The notes under the pieces: model-generated
The model's database searches: none
The model's input: the letters and a program-made list of their open reading frames with translations, nothing else
Told to the model about the DNA's origin: nothing
Assembly: GCA_002633005.1 (NCBI GenBank)
Contig: NMRA01000179.1
Coordinates: forward strand, 279,954 to 343,953
DNA from: Phoronis australis
Lineage: Eukaryota > Animalia > Phoronida
DNA length: 64,000 nucleotides
Reading direction: 5' to 3'
Position numbers and translations under genes: made by a program
In this document: positions 1-11,978 of the stretch, one piece after another
How positions within the stretch are numbered: the stretch's first letter is position 1
Layout of the letters: each line of letters opens with the position of its first letter

Positions 1-3000
1 GAGCAGAATCCTTGCCACGAAACCAGAATCATTTGCAACTCTACACAAAACTTATAACAAGCACTGTAAGAAGAGTTCATCCAGATATAATCTTGTGGTG
101 TGTGCGTCTGGCTCATTGCGCGTGGTAAAAGCGTTCTTTTGGTGCAGTTTAGGTATTTGGGAAGTTGGGTGACTTCTTCTTCAGTGTTCAGTTTTTGCGG
201 CCCGTGACAAGTTATTGATTACGATCTTTGTACGAAAGACCATTTTGGCAGCACCCACGTTTTCGTCAGCGAGTATGCTACATTACAATGTCCGCTGACA
301 TCGCTTATCTTAGCACGAAGCATATTTTATCTTAAGTGTCACATTAAAAATGCTATATTACACAAAAACTATACAGTTTCCATCGACAATTTTCTTTTGG
401 TTTAGGGGCGCAGGGAGTCTGATACGTCCTAGCAGCAGCGCTTTTACACGAGAGAATGACGTGACACAGACACAGTTATCGTCTTATTACGTGAAACTCA
501 CAAAGTACGTGTTTTTGCCTTCGATAGCGATTGCCTGGGCGCTCAAGGGTCACCTTACACGAACGTGCATATCAACAAAAACAACTCCATTGTTGGCGCT
601 AAACGTACCTTGCCTGTGCCACAGTGGCTACCGTCTGCAACTAGACCTGGATTGCGGGTTCCATCAACCGTTTCAATCTCAGCTCTGTTACATTGAGGAC
701 TACAAAGCAAAAGGGTACACAAAATTAATTAAAACTTTATCGTAGGTGTTTAAAGTTTGCCAGAGACGTGCCAATGCATTACAGAACACGTAACTTACTA
801 AATTCAGACGGTCAGCAAATTTCTGTTGCATGTGTATTTCGTAGTTTAATGCAAGTTCAACTCAATTTTTGTAAAAGCACAAAGATAAACTGGTGAAGTC
901 AGTGTGTGTATTTGCATGTCAGTTATTCGAGTTTCGGTACGATGAAGCTTTACACGACGATATTTACCTGTAAATTGGAAGAGCGTACTTGTATGGGCGA
1001 GGATAGATGAGAATATTCTCGTCGCTTTTGCAGTGCAAGAGACCACAGAGACTGTCCCTTAACAGACAAAATGTGCTATAAGTTTGTGTATACGCAAAAT
1101 ATGTTCACACATTGCACAAATTCCAGTGATCCTTACTATACAACCAGTTACTGATGTATTATGCACTAAAGTGAACACTGTAGCTCTCATGCTTTACAAT
1201 GTCATCTTGTTTTCAATTCTAGAAAGATTAATAGAAATCAGTGGCCTCCAGAATTGTACTTTTAAGTTGGGAAGGTAAATGTACACTGTACACATGGCAA
1301 CGTGGCTTAGACACTTAAGTCAGTGTGCGGCATTTGACAAACCACATCCATTGTACAGGGGCCCTATGACGTGGGAGCAGTGTCTAATATAATCAATTAC
1401 TGTTGTTTTGTCAGCTTTTCGCATATTGTCCTACTTAGGGCTCCCCGTCGGAGGGACGATAACTGTCATTTTCCGCCTATAAATCCGCCACTGATCATGC
1501 AGTCATGTTACTAGGTAGTGTTAGCTCTCTGAGCAAAAATTAGGAAAGGAACAAAAATATTTGATTATATCACGGACCCTCTCCAAAAACGTCCTCCTAG
1601 AAATGAAAGGAAGCACAATAAATTAGTAAAAGAGCAACTGAAGTGGCTGCCTTCAAGAGGTAAACCATTGATATGAAGTATAAAAGGAGTATTGTAATTA
1701 CAAAAAACAAAAAAGTGAGCATCTGGGTTCCATCACCAGACTTTTCCTCGAAATGAATTGTCCACTTAGAATTGAAACTGAAAATCTGAATAAGTTTGCC
1801 CCAGAAAACAGCTCATGTTAAATGTTCTCAAGTTTTCTAAAGTAAGGTGAAATGCCCAACTTCAGGTGAGTGACCACGAAGACAATACATGATGAAATTT
1901 TAATGAACAGGGCCTTCAAAGGAATGAGCGGGTCCCCACGGAGAGTTAATGTAGGACCGATCACGTACACCCCCTCTTGTACGTCGCAGGAATACTCCTC
2001 AGTGACGCCCGTGTGGCTTTGTGATGTTAATGACACCACGTTTTGCTACAGCTGTCCAGTGAAGTGGAGCATTGACCTTGCACCATGTAGCCACTGCCGG
2101 AAACCGGATGTCCAGACAGAGATGACGGCAACATGCACCCACGTATACATGCCAATATGTGGGCGCATAAAAGTGCACATAACGGGTCTGTTTGATGAAC
2201 AGTGATTTGAGATCCAAGTCAGAAATTTGGTCTGAGGCTAATCAGAATTATATAACTTTTAAATACTGAGATTAAATTATTTCTAGGTAGTGACGTGCAT
2301 GGCAGGGTGTGTAAATCCAGTTTTTGTCTTAATTCACAGAGCCCTCTGCTGAGTTCGTCAAGGATTTAGCAAGTGAAGCTAGTTTTACCACGTGCGTTGC
2401 TTGTAATGTAAGGTGATATCACGTGAAAAGTTGCGTGAACTTGTTCTTTCGTCAGTGTATTGCGACCACGGAACGGTATCTATTGGTACAAACGTCGTCT
2501 AGGTTGTGCATCAGTAATACCTACTTATTTTCGCACGCAACATAGCTATTAGTCTTCCGGTTACGACCACAATTCCCAGCTTGCATTCCAAAGGTGTTGA
2601 AACTGAAGCACCAACTATTGGGTGTTGCTGATGGTCCCCACAGAGACTTGCAACTGTCCGTTCGACTTGAGCAGCGTCTTTTAAAGCAGTACGCCTGTTA
2701 CAAAGCATTACGTCCATTAAAGTTACATGTATTTTACCCTCACGTGTTTAATCAATGCATTGTCTTTTTAAAGACAATGCATTGATTAAAAGGACCGCAT
2801 GGGTATCAGGAAACAGACGGCTCCGACCTATTTACATGTACATGTATTTACTAGTTCTATGCCGATATCAACGAAGCTACGAAAACAGATTTATAATCTC
2901 ACTTTCCACGTACACTGTATAGTGCATGCGCGCACCCAGCCTAAAAATGGGGCTCTAATTTGTGGGAATGTGGACCTTTGACTAACATGTACGGGGTACG

Positions 3001-3439
3001 TGGAGAGCTTTGAATTGCGCATTCCTCGATTTTTGGTAGTTCCAGCCTTTTTAGTGGAATTTTGTACCGTTTTCTACGTTTTTGTAATTTTAGTTTCACT
3101 GAGGCGGACCTTTTTTCCCCACTTCGCCAAGCCCCCCGAGCCCTCCCACCATCTACCAACGTTATAAATGTCGCTCCCGACAGAGTGTAATCGTCTCGTC
3201 TGCTCTTCAGTGAGAGGCACATTCAGCGTTTTTTTTTTTGCGGAGGAACCGACAAAACTTTAATTTCATTAGTAAATACAGTTTGAACAAACAAACTGTT
3301 AACTAAAATGTATTTCAACGTAATATGGAGTATATTGTAAAAGAGTATAAGCATATATTAAATCAAATAATACAAATAAGAAATTAACATTCACGTTAAC
3401 GTACTCTTTCCCTAAGTTTAGAACTGAGCCATTGGTAAC

Positions 3440-3879
3440 CGCTGGTAGCACTGTTTCCGTGACAACAAGTGATTGCTACATGTACAAGTTCGCAAAGATT
3501 CCATTTGGTCTGGTAAATTCGGCAGAAGTTGGCAAGAGCACATAATACTGAAAATTATGTGGATGACATTCTGTGCCATAATAAGACAGAACACCTTGGC
3601 ACCTTGCAAGATACCCTCAAACGTGTACGGGAGGCTGGACTAACGATTCGACCCACGAAGTGTTCGGTTGGATCTCGTTGCCTTGCAAACTACTTATATG
3701 GTAAAGAATTAATCTTTCAAACTGACCATCTACCCCTGGCTTACATTCAAAAAAGTAAGTTAGTCAATGGACGCATCATGAGGTGGGCCTTGTCTTTTCA
3801 AAACTATCGATTTAAGGGTGAAGCTATTAAAGGCTCAGAGAATGTTGGTGCTGATAACCTGAGTAGGTTAGAGTGTTGA
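3440..3879 (+). mobile_element. Internally deleted Ty3/Gypsy pol remnant (RT + RNase H), Gmr1-like end
   Basis: PFGLVNS, YVDDIL, GLTIRPTKC, QTDHLPL, RIMRWAL, IKGSENVGADNLSR, then stop. Confidence 0.88.
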
Positions 3880-3981
3880 AGATTCTTGGAAATTGGGTAA
3901 TAGATCTAAGTGTTTTAAAATCAATATTTACGTCTTCCGTGTTGAGAAAAGTACATGTATTTTCTTTAGAAGGGGCTTATT

Positions 3982-4735
3982 TGTCAGAACAAATATTGAT
4001 TAAGTAATTAGTTAGAATACATCCATTTTAAGTTGCCCAAAATTTGTTCATATGTACTTTTAAATCATGGGGTCAAACTTTCTGACATGTATTAGCCAAT
4101 CACTAACTAAGTAAAATATTAACGGAGTATTCAGATGAGCTATAGTAGTTGAAGCTAAAAGACTTGCTACAGTGTACAGCAGAAATTGTACAACAGAGCC
4201 ATCCCGTGGAATATTCTAAACAGGATCTTGGCAAGGGCAAGGGTTTGCGAACAGGAAGTTACATGTAACTGAAACCTTCTCACTTGCATCGTGGGTAGAA
4301 AGATACTGCCTATACATTGTACGTGTTGCGTCACGAGAGACTGTGACCAGCAAGAGAAATCGTATATGTAGGTGGAAGATATTGCCTGCAAGTGTTGCGT
4401 CACCAGAGACTGTGACCAGCAACAGGAATCGTGGGTAGAAGATGCTGCCTGCAAGCGTTGCGTCACCTGAGACTGTGACCAGGAAGTACACTGTCGCAAT
4501 ACAGTGTGTGTATTATAAAGATTCACCAACAGGACTGTCATCCAACAAGTAGAGAGTCCTACAGCTTGGATAGCAGATAAAACATTTGATTATTTGGATA
4601 ATTGATTGAAGTAATCTTTAAAGAAGGCGCTAGCGTTACTCTTTTTGTAGTTCATTATTTAATTAACAACAAGTTTCACTTCTTTAATTAGTGGTTATCA
4701 TACAATAAATTAACCATTCTCTCTCCATCTAGGCA
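3982..4735 (+). mobile_element. Probable 3' LTR of the Gypsy remnant, with an internal ~60-70 bp tandem repeat (4290-4481)
   Basis: Polypurine tract AGAAGGGG at ~3968-3975 followed by TGTCA; gcgtcacnngagactgtgaccag occurs 3 times; right end approximate. Confidence 0.6.
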
Positions 4736-5800
4736 CAATCTCAAACTATAGCTACCTTTTAAACAAACCCACAGTCAATTTTTGACATACACACGGCAAT
4801 ATCTCGCGTAATATCGCGAAATCTTGCTTTTCTATCGTTGTCGTGCGAGGTCTTAGTGTTACTTAACTCTACCCAGGTATCCCAAAGACCTCCAACAGTA
4901 GCGAAAAGGGGCAAAACTCTACAGCAGACGACGAATACGTATCGTGCAGTATATCCAGCCACGATGCCTCATAATAACTTTGGGTTACACTAATTAATCT
5001 AACCAACAAAAACCAGCACTTATGAACCGGTCGCAATTGAGTGGCTCAAAATTTTCAGACGTCGTTCGGACGAACAGCACATATTATTTTACCTCGCCCT
5101 GCTTACAAACTGTTCCATCCCGTTTAAAGTAGTCTGAGGGACATTCGTTTGACACGCCGTCACAATATTCGGGAAGGTCGCAGATATTCGCTGCAGGTCT
5201 ACAAATTGTGCCTTTTTCTAAAAACTGGAAAGAGATTAGAGAGTCAATGAAAAGCACAGTTAGCGTATCATTTGCAACACTGAAAAGTATTTACTCAGCC
5301 ATTCATTGGCTGCAAAGTGAACTGTATATGAACACAAATCTTTGAATTTCTGTTGATGTCAAAGCATTTTCTAGTTTCTAATTTTCAAAAATGAGCTGTC
5401 AAACGCTCGTCACTTCCGTCGATTTTTCTACACACAAGGCAAACACATCTCCTTATTTGGTAACACACTTCCCTTATATGGAACATAAACAGAACATTGG
5501 AGGCTTAAATTGATGTTCAAACTGTTTAAAATTAGTTATAAAGCTATCATTGATATCAATTGTTTTTGGAAAATTCCTTGCTTCACTGGCTTGTCTCATA
5601 TTGTGTCGTAGACCCCTAATTCGGAGTGCGATCACCCATTGTAATCTGCCGTTAATAGCGACGTTATCAGTCGCTAACGAAGTTAAGAAGCCGAAAGGAA
5701 ATTATCACGCTATTATACATGTAACAGTATGTGTCAGAGTCAAAGATGAGCATAGGTTGGGTTCGTTATCTTTTGTCAAGTCAATCGTACACACAAACTT

Positions 5801-7200
5801 CGTTTCTCCTGCTCCATTACAGACCTTCGTTGCGCCCGTTTCGACACCGCCTTGGTCCCAGGTAGTGTACTGTAGTGGGGAATGGGCGCACGTAGGCGCA
5901 GCCAACGACCTTTTGCGTCTATGCACCATAAGTTACGTTCAGTGCTCAAGGTGATACAGTGGGTTTTGGGCGCCTACTTACCTCTAATTTTTCAACTACA
6001 GCACTGATAGTGCACCGTCCCTCTACTTGGATACGGGGGTTGTTTTTTTCGCGGATGCGGGGGCAGCGTGGCCAGTTTCGTACTGGCCTTGGTGACGTCA
6101 GTCCGTCGGCTCAACGGCCTGGGTGAACAGTCCGTCTTCTAGTTAATTTCACTCCCTCCAACTTCCGTCGTGTATATAATTCATTAGGCCTGTCGCTAAC
6201 ATAATTAATGATGTCATTAAGAATACACTCTTCCTTGAGTAAACTAAATTATGTACCGGTGGAAAATTTGGCGTTCTGCAGCTAAATTTGTAATGCGGTC
6301 TTCTGGATCGGCTTTCGACGCCCTGAAATATTGCGTCACCAATTTCCCCTGATTCTTCAATCAACTTTTCTTCTCTTCCCCGAGGTTACGTACATGTCAT
6401 AACAAATTATCGGAAATAGTTTCATTTCGTTACAAGTTTTTAGTGTTTGAATACCATCAAACCCAGTTTCAGAACAAATATTGCTGCTGCAAAGGCGTCA
6501 TTTCCCCCGAGAGATATGGTAAAGTTTTAAGAAATGGCGCCTGAACGTGTAACAAGTATGCACTGTTTTCAAAACGACGACAGACTCCTTTGTTACAAAA
6601 AGCGGAGAATTACCCAAAAGTGAGTTTATTCAATTACTTTTCACTTAAACGGCTGCAAAGGGTAAGATTGATTCCCAGATTCTGTATGCACCCCGCCGGT
6701 CGTTAGCTCCACACATACATGTATTGATATCAGTTCCACGACTAGGTGACGAGCTGAGCTATCCGGGTTGTGTGAAGTTTCGATGTCTAAGAAGCTCAAC
6801 ACGCGATTATCTAGCTGTATGTTGGCGGTACGGCAAGCTGGCTTGCTACCTCATGACATGTGACTTTTGTAAATGCATTACATAAATGCACTGGTACTTT
6901 ATGTTTACTACAATATTCTTAGTTTTCACCTTAAAGAATAGCTGATTACCGTACGTGTACTTTGTACGTGTTACGACAGGGTCAAATGTTCTGAAAAGAA
7001 ATTTGTACAGTGCCTGGGGAAGGAATCCCGCAGCCGCACACTCCACCAAAGTCTGACAGTGACAGAAATTCTGATTGAAGCTGTTTAAAAATAGCACGGT
7101 CTTTTCATTAAGTATTCATGTCTCTAGCGACGAACACCAATGTTCAGCTGAAGGTGTGCAGCATGTACAGTGTAGATATTCTCCACATACTGTAGCTGCT
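5801..7200. repeat. Dispersed non-coding repeat family, copy 1
   Basis: Collinear with 26041-27400 and in part with 59965-60290 (e.g. caccgccttggtcccaggtagtg, gagtaaactaaattat). Confidence 0.85.
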
Positions 7201-8817
7201 TTCGAAAGGGTAACGGTTAGTTGTTATTACCTGCTGTAACCGTCACTCGGAAAAGTCGTACACATTATAAACTACAGACAGCGGTAAGTGGTCTATGACA
7301 AAATGGGAAAATGGGTTTATAACAACGTTAGACATTATCAGCGAGAATGATGCTTTTCTGAAGTTATCTCAACGAGGAATTGAACTCACAGCCTCAGCGA
7401 TCGCAATCCAAGGATTTGCTGGCAGAGTATTTTAAGAGAATTTAAAAGGTAAAATTATCGGCGTTGAATTAAACGAAGGGTGAGCAGACACCTGTGAGAA
7501 TTTCTGTTCTGTAGAAAAATCACCAGGAGTTTTGTTGTTTTTTAGGTCAGGTCAAAACTAATGATTTCACAAAATAACCCCCAAATGCGATTATGCCACT
7601 TTAAAGTCCATATCTCAAAGGGCATTCTAGTTCAAAAACTTAAAAATACGTACCAAATTAAGTAATATATAACATGGCATAATATTCACATCCTTTCTGT
7701 TATCAAACTGAAAACCTTTTTAGCAGTTTTGTACATCGGCCGAGATCGAAAAATCATCGATAATTCCCGTGTATTTCCGTGACCTGAGTTCCTATCTGTC
7801 GGTTCAGGAACGATTCCTGAATGCCAGTCATGTTGTCCTTGAAAACTTATTGACGTCACCTTGAGTGTAAATGCGTTGCTACTTTGTTTGGTTGTTTTTG
7901 ATTCCCATTTTGTCCAAATTCTACCTGTTCTTGGCATATGACGAACAGTAATTAATGTATAAACATAAGTTTGTGAAGTACCGCCGAAAAATCTCCCGTA
8001 GCCAACGCTCGGGTAACGAGGTCAGCGCTGACTCATGGCGAGAGTAGGCTGCGTCAAATTTCAGCAACAGCACCTCTTCAGGTAATAAATTAGAGGAAAA
8101 AAGTTTCTTGATCAACAAATGTCTTATCTTTATCGCCATATCTTGAAATTGATGCAAAGCACAAGCCTGAAGTGAGCAGTTGCCGTGGCACAGTTGACTA
8201 CCCCGGCGGACGTGTGTGCGCGGTGCGTAATTGGCAGCAAATCGGCACCGGATTTACTGAACGTTAAAAATGAAAATAGAATAAAAACATCGACATACGG
8301 CGATGTTTCGAGAAACAAAAACAAGTTTTATCTCAAAACACTGAGCTCCTCATCTGTGCTTGATTTTGCTGGACACAGTAACCGGCGAAGTAATTCCCCG
8401 GCCTGCAGTCGCCCTGACTCTTGGCCGGGAAAATAAACGCTTGCTAAATTGGCTTTGATTTTCAGTTAGCAGGGAAATTATATTTTCAAACCTCGCAAAA
8501 GCAAACTTTCAATAAATACCTCTGTTGTCTAACCGCACCGGCGCAAACCGAGGGGGTGTAGTGAATTTTAGTCAATGAGCTGAATGTCGGCGATGGTAAA
8601 ATAATGCAGCGTTAGGAGCATGAAGCAGTATTTTTTTAATCTCTTGTCACAAGGACTTCACTCATAAAGGGCCGGGAACCAACTAATTAATGTTTTCATC
8701 TTGCCCCGCGGAGCACACTTGTCCGTGCAGCGCAGGCCAGGCGGTCCGGTTCCGCTGCAGTATATACGAATGTTTGTGGCAAAGTGGGAATTATTCCTTT
8801 TACTTTAAACTCATTAA

Positions 8818-9705
8818 AGGAGAATGTCACCCAAAAAACAACCTATTTTGTATCAATTTAGATCAAGTAGTTCTACACGATAACGGCACGTTAGGTCGCC
8901 TTGGGATTTCAGCACAATTTTCTGAAAAATGATCGAAATTTAATAACGAATTTTGATAGCAATGCGCCACAATTTTGTAGAAAATAAATAATAATATTCT
9001 GCATGCTTTATCTTAGCGCGTTCATGCATATAGTGTGCGTACGTTAAGAACGGGTGATTGTGCAGAGGCATTATCCTCAAAATTGCTCGTGTTGGCTTGC
9101 TTCTGATCAAGCGAAAACAAGTTTTTTTTTTCACTACCGACAGCCGTAGAGTATTTGTAACCGTTTCTTGTTGAGCAATTTCCAAAATACGTTGTCTTGC
9201 CGCCCTCAAAATGAGCGCTGCATACTTTATGCTACGAAGTCGGAATGAATTCATTAAGTCAGCCTTCGCTACCAGCTCTACCGATGTGTCTGACCCGTGT
9301 TTAGGGCAGTTCTTGATCCTTGGGAAACAGGTAGTAACTAAATTTTTGATCTCGCTAACTGGTATTACACCAGGCACACAACACGTATAACCTCTCTGTG
9401 GCCGGTTGGCCCCCACGCTTGCCGACGTACTTGTTTACCGGCTTAACCACAATGCAACATTCTGACCCATTTCCAATATGGCGGCGTTGCAACTCCGCTA
9501 TTGTATACAAGTGTCGGAAACTATCTTTGTATGTATACGGCATTCATGATTTGAACCAGTTATTCCGATAAAACAGCCGGGGACGGCATGCCTTAGTTTT
9601 TTGTCAGTGGGAGTGGTCTCGATTGGTCTGCACCGGGTCATCGGCTGCAGGTCCGAGCCTGACAAAATAATTTCTGTCAAAATTTATTTTGTGGCATTAT
9701 TTCAA
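8818..9705 (-). mobile_element. Kolobok-type DNA transposon remnant with a decayed THAP domain
   Basis: Begins TTAA|AGGAGAATGTCACCC, like the 12067 element; the minus strand ~9400-9185 reads TCCVPG..SYYLFPKD..IGRAG..FIPT..HKVCSAHFEGGK across frameshifts and stops; right end approximate. Confidence 0.7.
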
Positions 9706-10971
9706 CATTCTCAGTAAGTACAAATTGTATCTATTTTGGTTTTATTAAAGTTGAGGTCCGCTTGCAGGCTGCTAACACACACTGCTCCAGTCGCACAGCC
9801 GGCGTATACTAAAGCCTGGGTTCCTGAATGAATTGTACTGTACAAGGTTACTTCACAATGGCGGTGTGATCTTCGGTCGGAATCGTGAGTGACGCGTTTA
9901 TTTAAACTTTCTTCGACTACAGATTTTGTATTGGTTATGGAATTAGTATTGCGTGGTCCCTTATAATGTCTTCTAACCATTTAATAAGGGTTAAAAGCGC
10001 ATGCTTCTAGGACTTAAAAATGAGTACATGTATACTTTAGTTGCCAAAACTGGAGTTACCACAAACTTAGTCAATGGTATTACTTTTCGATGGTTTATGC
10101 AAATACATGACATTCACTAGCGATATTACTGTTTTAGATAACCGCCATATCAGAAAGAGATAACCAGTCCTGGTTATCTCTTCCTGGTCATGTGGAATAA
10201 ACGATTGAAAGAAGCTGACGTGTTGCTCGATCGCCAACTCTGACAGTCTGTTGTGAAGGAACATGTCGACACTCAGGGGTGAAAGTGACTCTTCTTCATT
10301 TTGATGACTGTGTGGAATAGAAAAGTGAACATGGTTAATTGTTTCGATTGCGGGACGTAGATCCATGAATCGTATGCTGAGGGAGTAGTCTACGTTATAA
10401 TTTATGTTAAATTTGTTAAAAGACAGTGATTTTGTGGATTCTAAGTCTAGAAAAGCAACTAAGTTGAAATGGCCAGCTCTACTTTAAAATTGGCTTTGAA
10501 AGTAATCAATCTCTAGACATTGGCCTGAGGGAGATTTCTGTAGCGTTTATTAAAAAATATTGAAGTCATAGAATTGATTTTCTTTTACACAAACCTTTCT
10601 TATGGGTTAATAATGTCCTATTCTAGTTATAAATGAAACGAAATTCCGTCCAATGTTAGAAGTGATGTATATGCAGGCGCGTTGCAATAAAAAGTTGATT
10701 TGTTTCATGACCATCCAGTTTATCTTCACGGAGGGGGGGGGGTGACTGTGACTTGCCACAATGAGTTACGAAGATCGTGTCTCAAGGTTAACAGTCTGGA
10801 AAGAATGGGCGGTAGTGGGATGTTGATCACTCCTGGCGGTACAATCTGAATCACTGTGAGGTCCTTTGCAGTCGGACGGACAGACGGGCATAACAGCAAC
10901 AAGCACACATACGTGGCGGAGTGTGCTATTTGAGTCATAAACCCATTAGGACGCCCCCTTGACTGACTCAC

Positions 10972-11075
10972 CTTACAGGAAGACGGGTTGCAGCAAGTGG
11001 ATTTGCATTCAGACAAGATACCACAGTCGCACTCTTCGCCAGAATCGACAACGCCGTTACCACAAACAACGGATC
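10972..11075 (-). CDS. Orphan disintegrin N-terminal exon (SVVCGNGVVDSGEECDCGILSECKSTCCNPSSCK)
   Basis: Intact disintegrin-start Cys pattern; tctag acceptor (phase 1), consensus AAG|GTGAGT donor. Confidence 0.8.
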
Positions 11076-11797
11076 CTAGATGTAATTAATAATCATCAAT
11101 GGCAATAGATTGTGCAAAAGTCCAGTCACGTTACACGTGTTTAAATATATACTGTATGGTGTACGCTTAAAACGCTGGGAATTCAAACTCGGATAATGTG
11201 CACCAAACTGCTCTAGGCCCTAACATAGAACTCTGGACATGGAATGCCAACTCTTGCATTTTAGTGTTGGAGCTTGCGACCCCGAGGTTTCACGGGAATG
11301 ACCACAATAACTTGCATCGTGAATTTACACTTGTCCACTCGACTGAGTTTTCATCAAGAGCTGTAGTTATAAAATCGAGCCTAATTTCATTGCTCCATGT
11401 TCAGTTTGTCAGTTTGGTTCATATTGGAGTGAGGTACGATTCCAGACAACCAGCGACTTCTCGGAAAATTAGTCAACAAACCCGACAATTACACTGGTCA
11501 TGCTTTACACAACAACACCAACCCGTGGCTGGATGTCGGGAATAGTCTGGCCTCTGATATATTTTCAGCTCCAGCCTTAGCGCCACTTTCGACAACCTAT
11601 ATGTGTTTGGGGTTTTCAACAAGACATGTTTCGAGTGCAATACCGGTGAGCAAAATGTTGAAAATAATCGATGGAGGTATTATCTCTTTGATTTTTCGAC
11701 ATTTTGGCACTGTTTCTTTGGTATGTCTGTATCAAGTAATAGTGCGAAAATATTTGAACTAATGTCGATATTTTCCAAATGCAACTTTTACTATATA

Positions 11798-11950
11798 CAG
11801 GGGCGGATCCAGGATTTTGAGTTAGGGGGGCCACGGCAGAATATTTGCCAGGATTTTGCCCGTCAGACATTCGCACTTTCTAACTGCCAAATGGAATCTG
11901 GGAGATTTTTATGGTGGGGCCCCCTAGGCCCCCATCTAAATCCGCCACTG
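11798..11950. mobile_element. MITE, CAGGGGCGGAT...ATCCGCCACTG, 5-bp TSD ATATA
   Basis: Terminal inverted repeats and direct flanks; same family as 26960-27116. Confidence 0.8.
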
Positions 11951-11978
11951 ATATATGTGCTGAAAATGGCATTTTTAA

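Noticed and set aside
350-745. 131-aa ORF and most other short track ORFs
   Set aside because: No domain motifs or splice-consistent chains; lengths are compatible with chance or with antisense frames of repeats and exons.
2028-2115. ADAM cysteine-rich-like peptide on the minus strand (GHPVSGSGYMVQGQCSTSLDSCSKTW)
   Set aside because: Key cysteines are missing, a stop follows immediately, and no convincing donor exists.
10067-10310. Candidate terminal exon after the orphan disintegrin exon
   Set aside because: The acceptor is good, but the open frame is phase 2 while the upstream donor is phase 0, and there is no recognisable domain.
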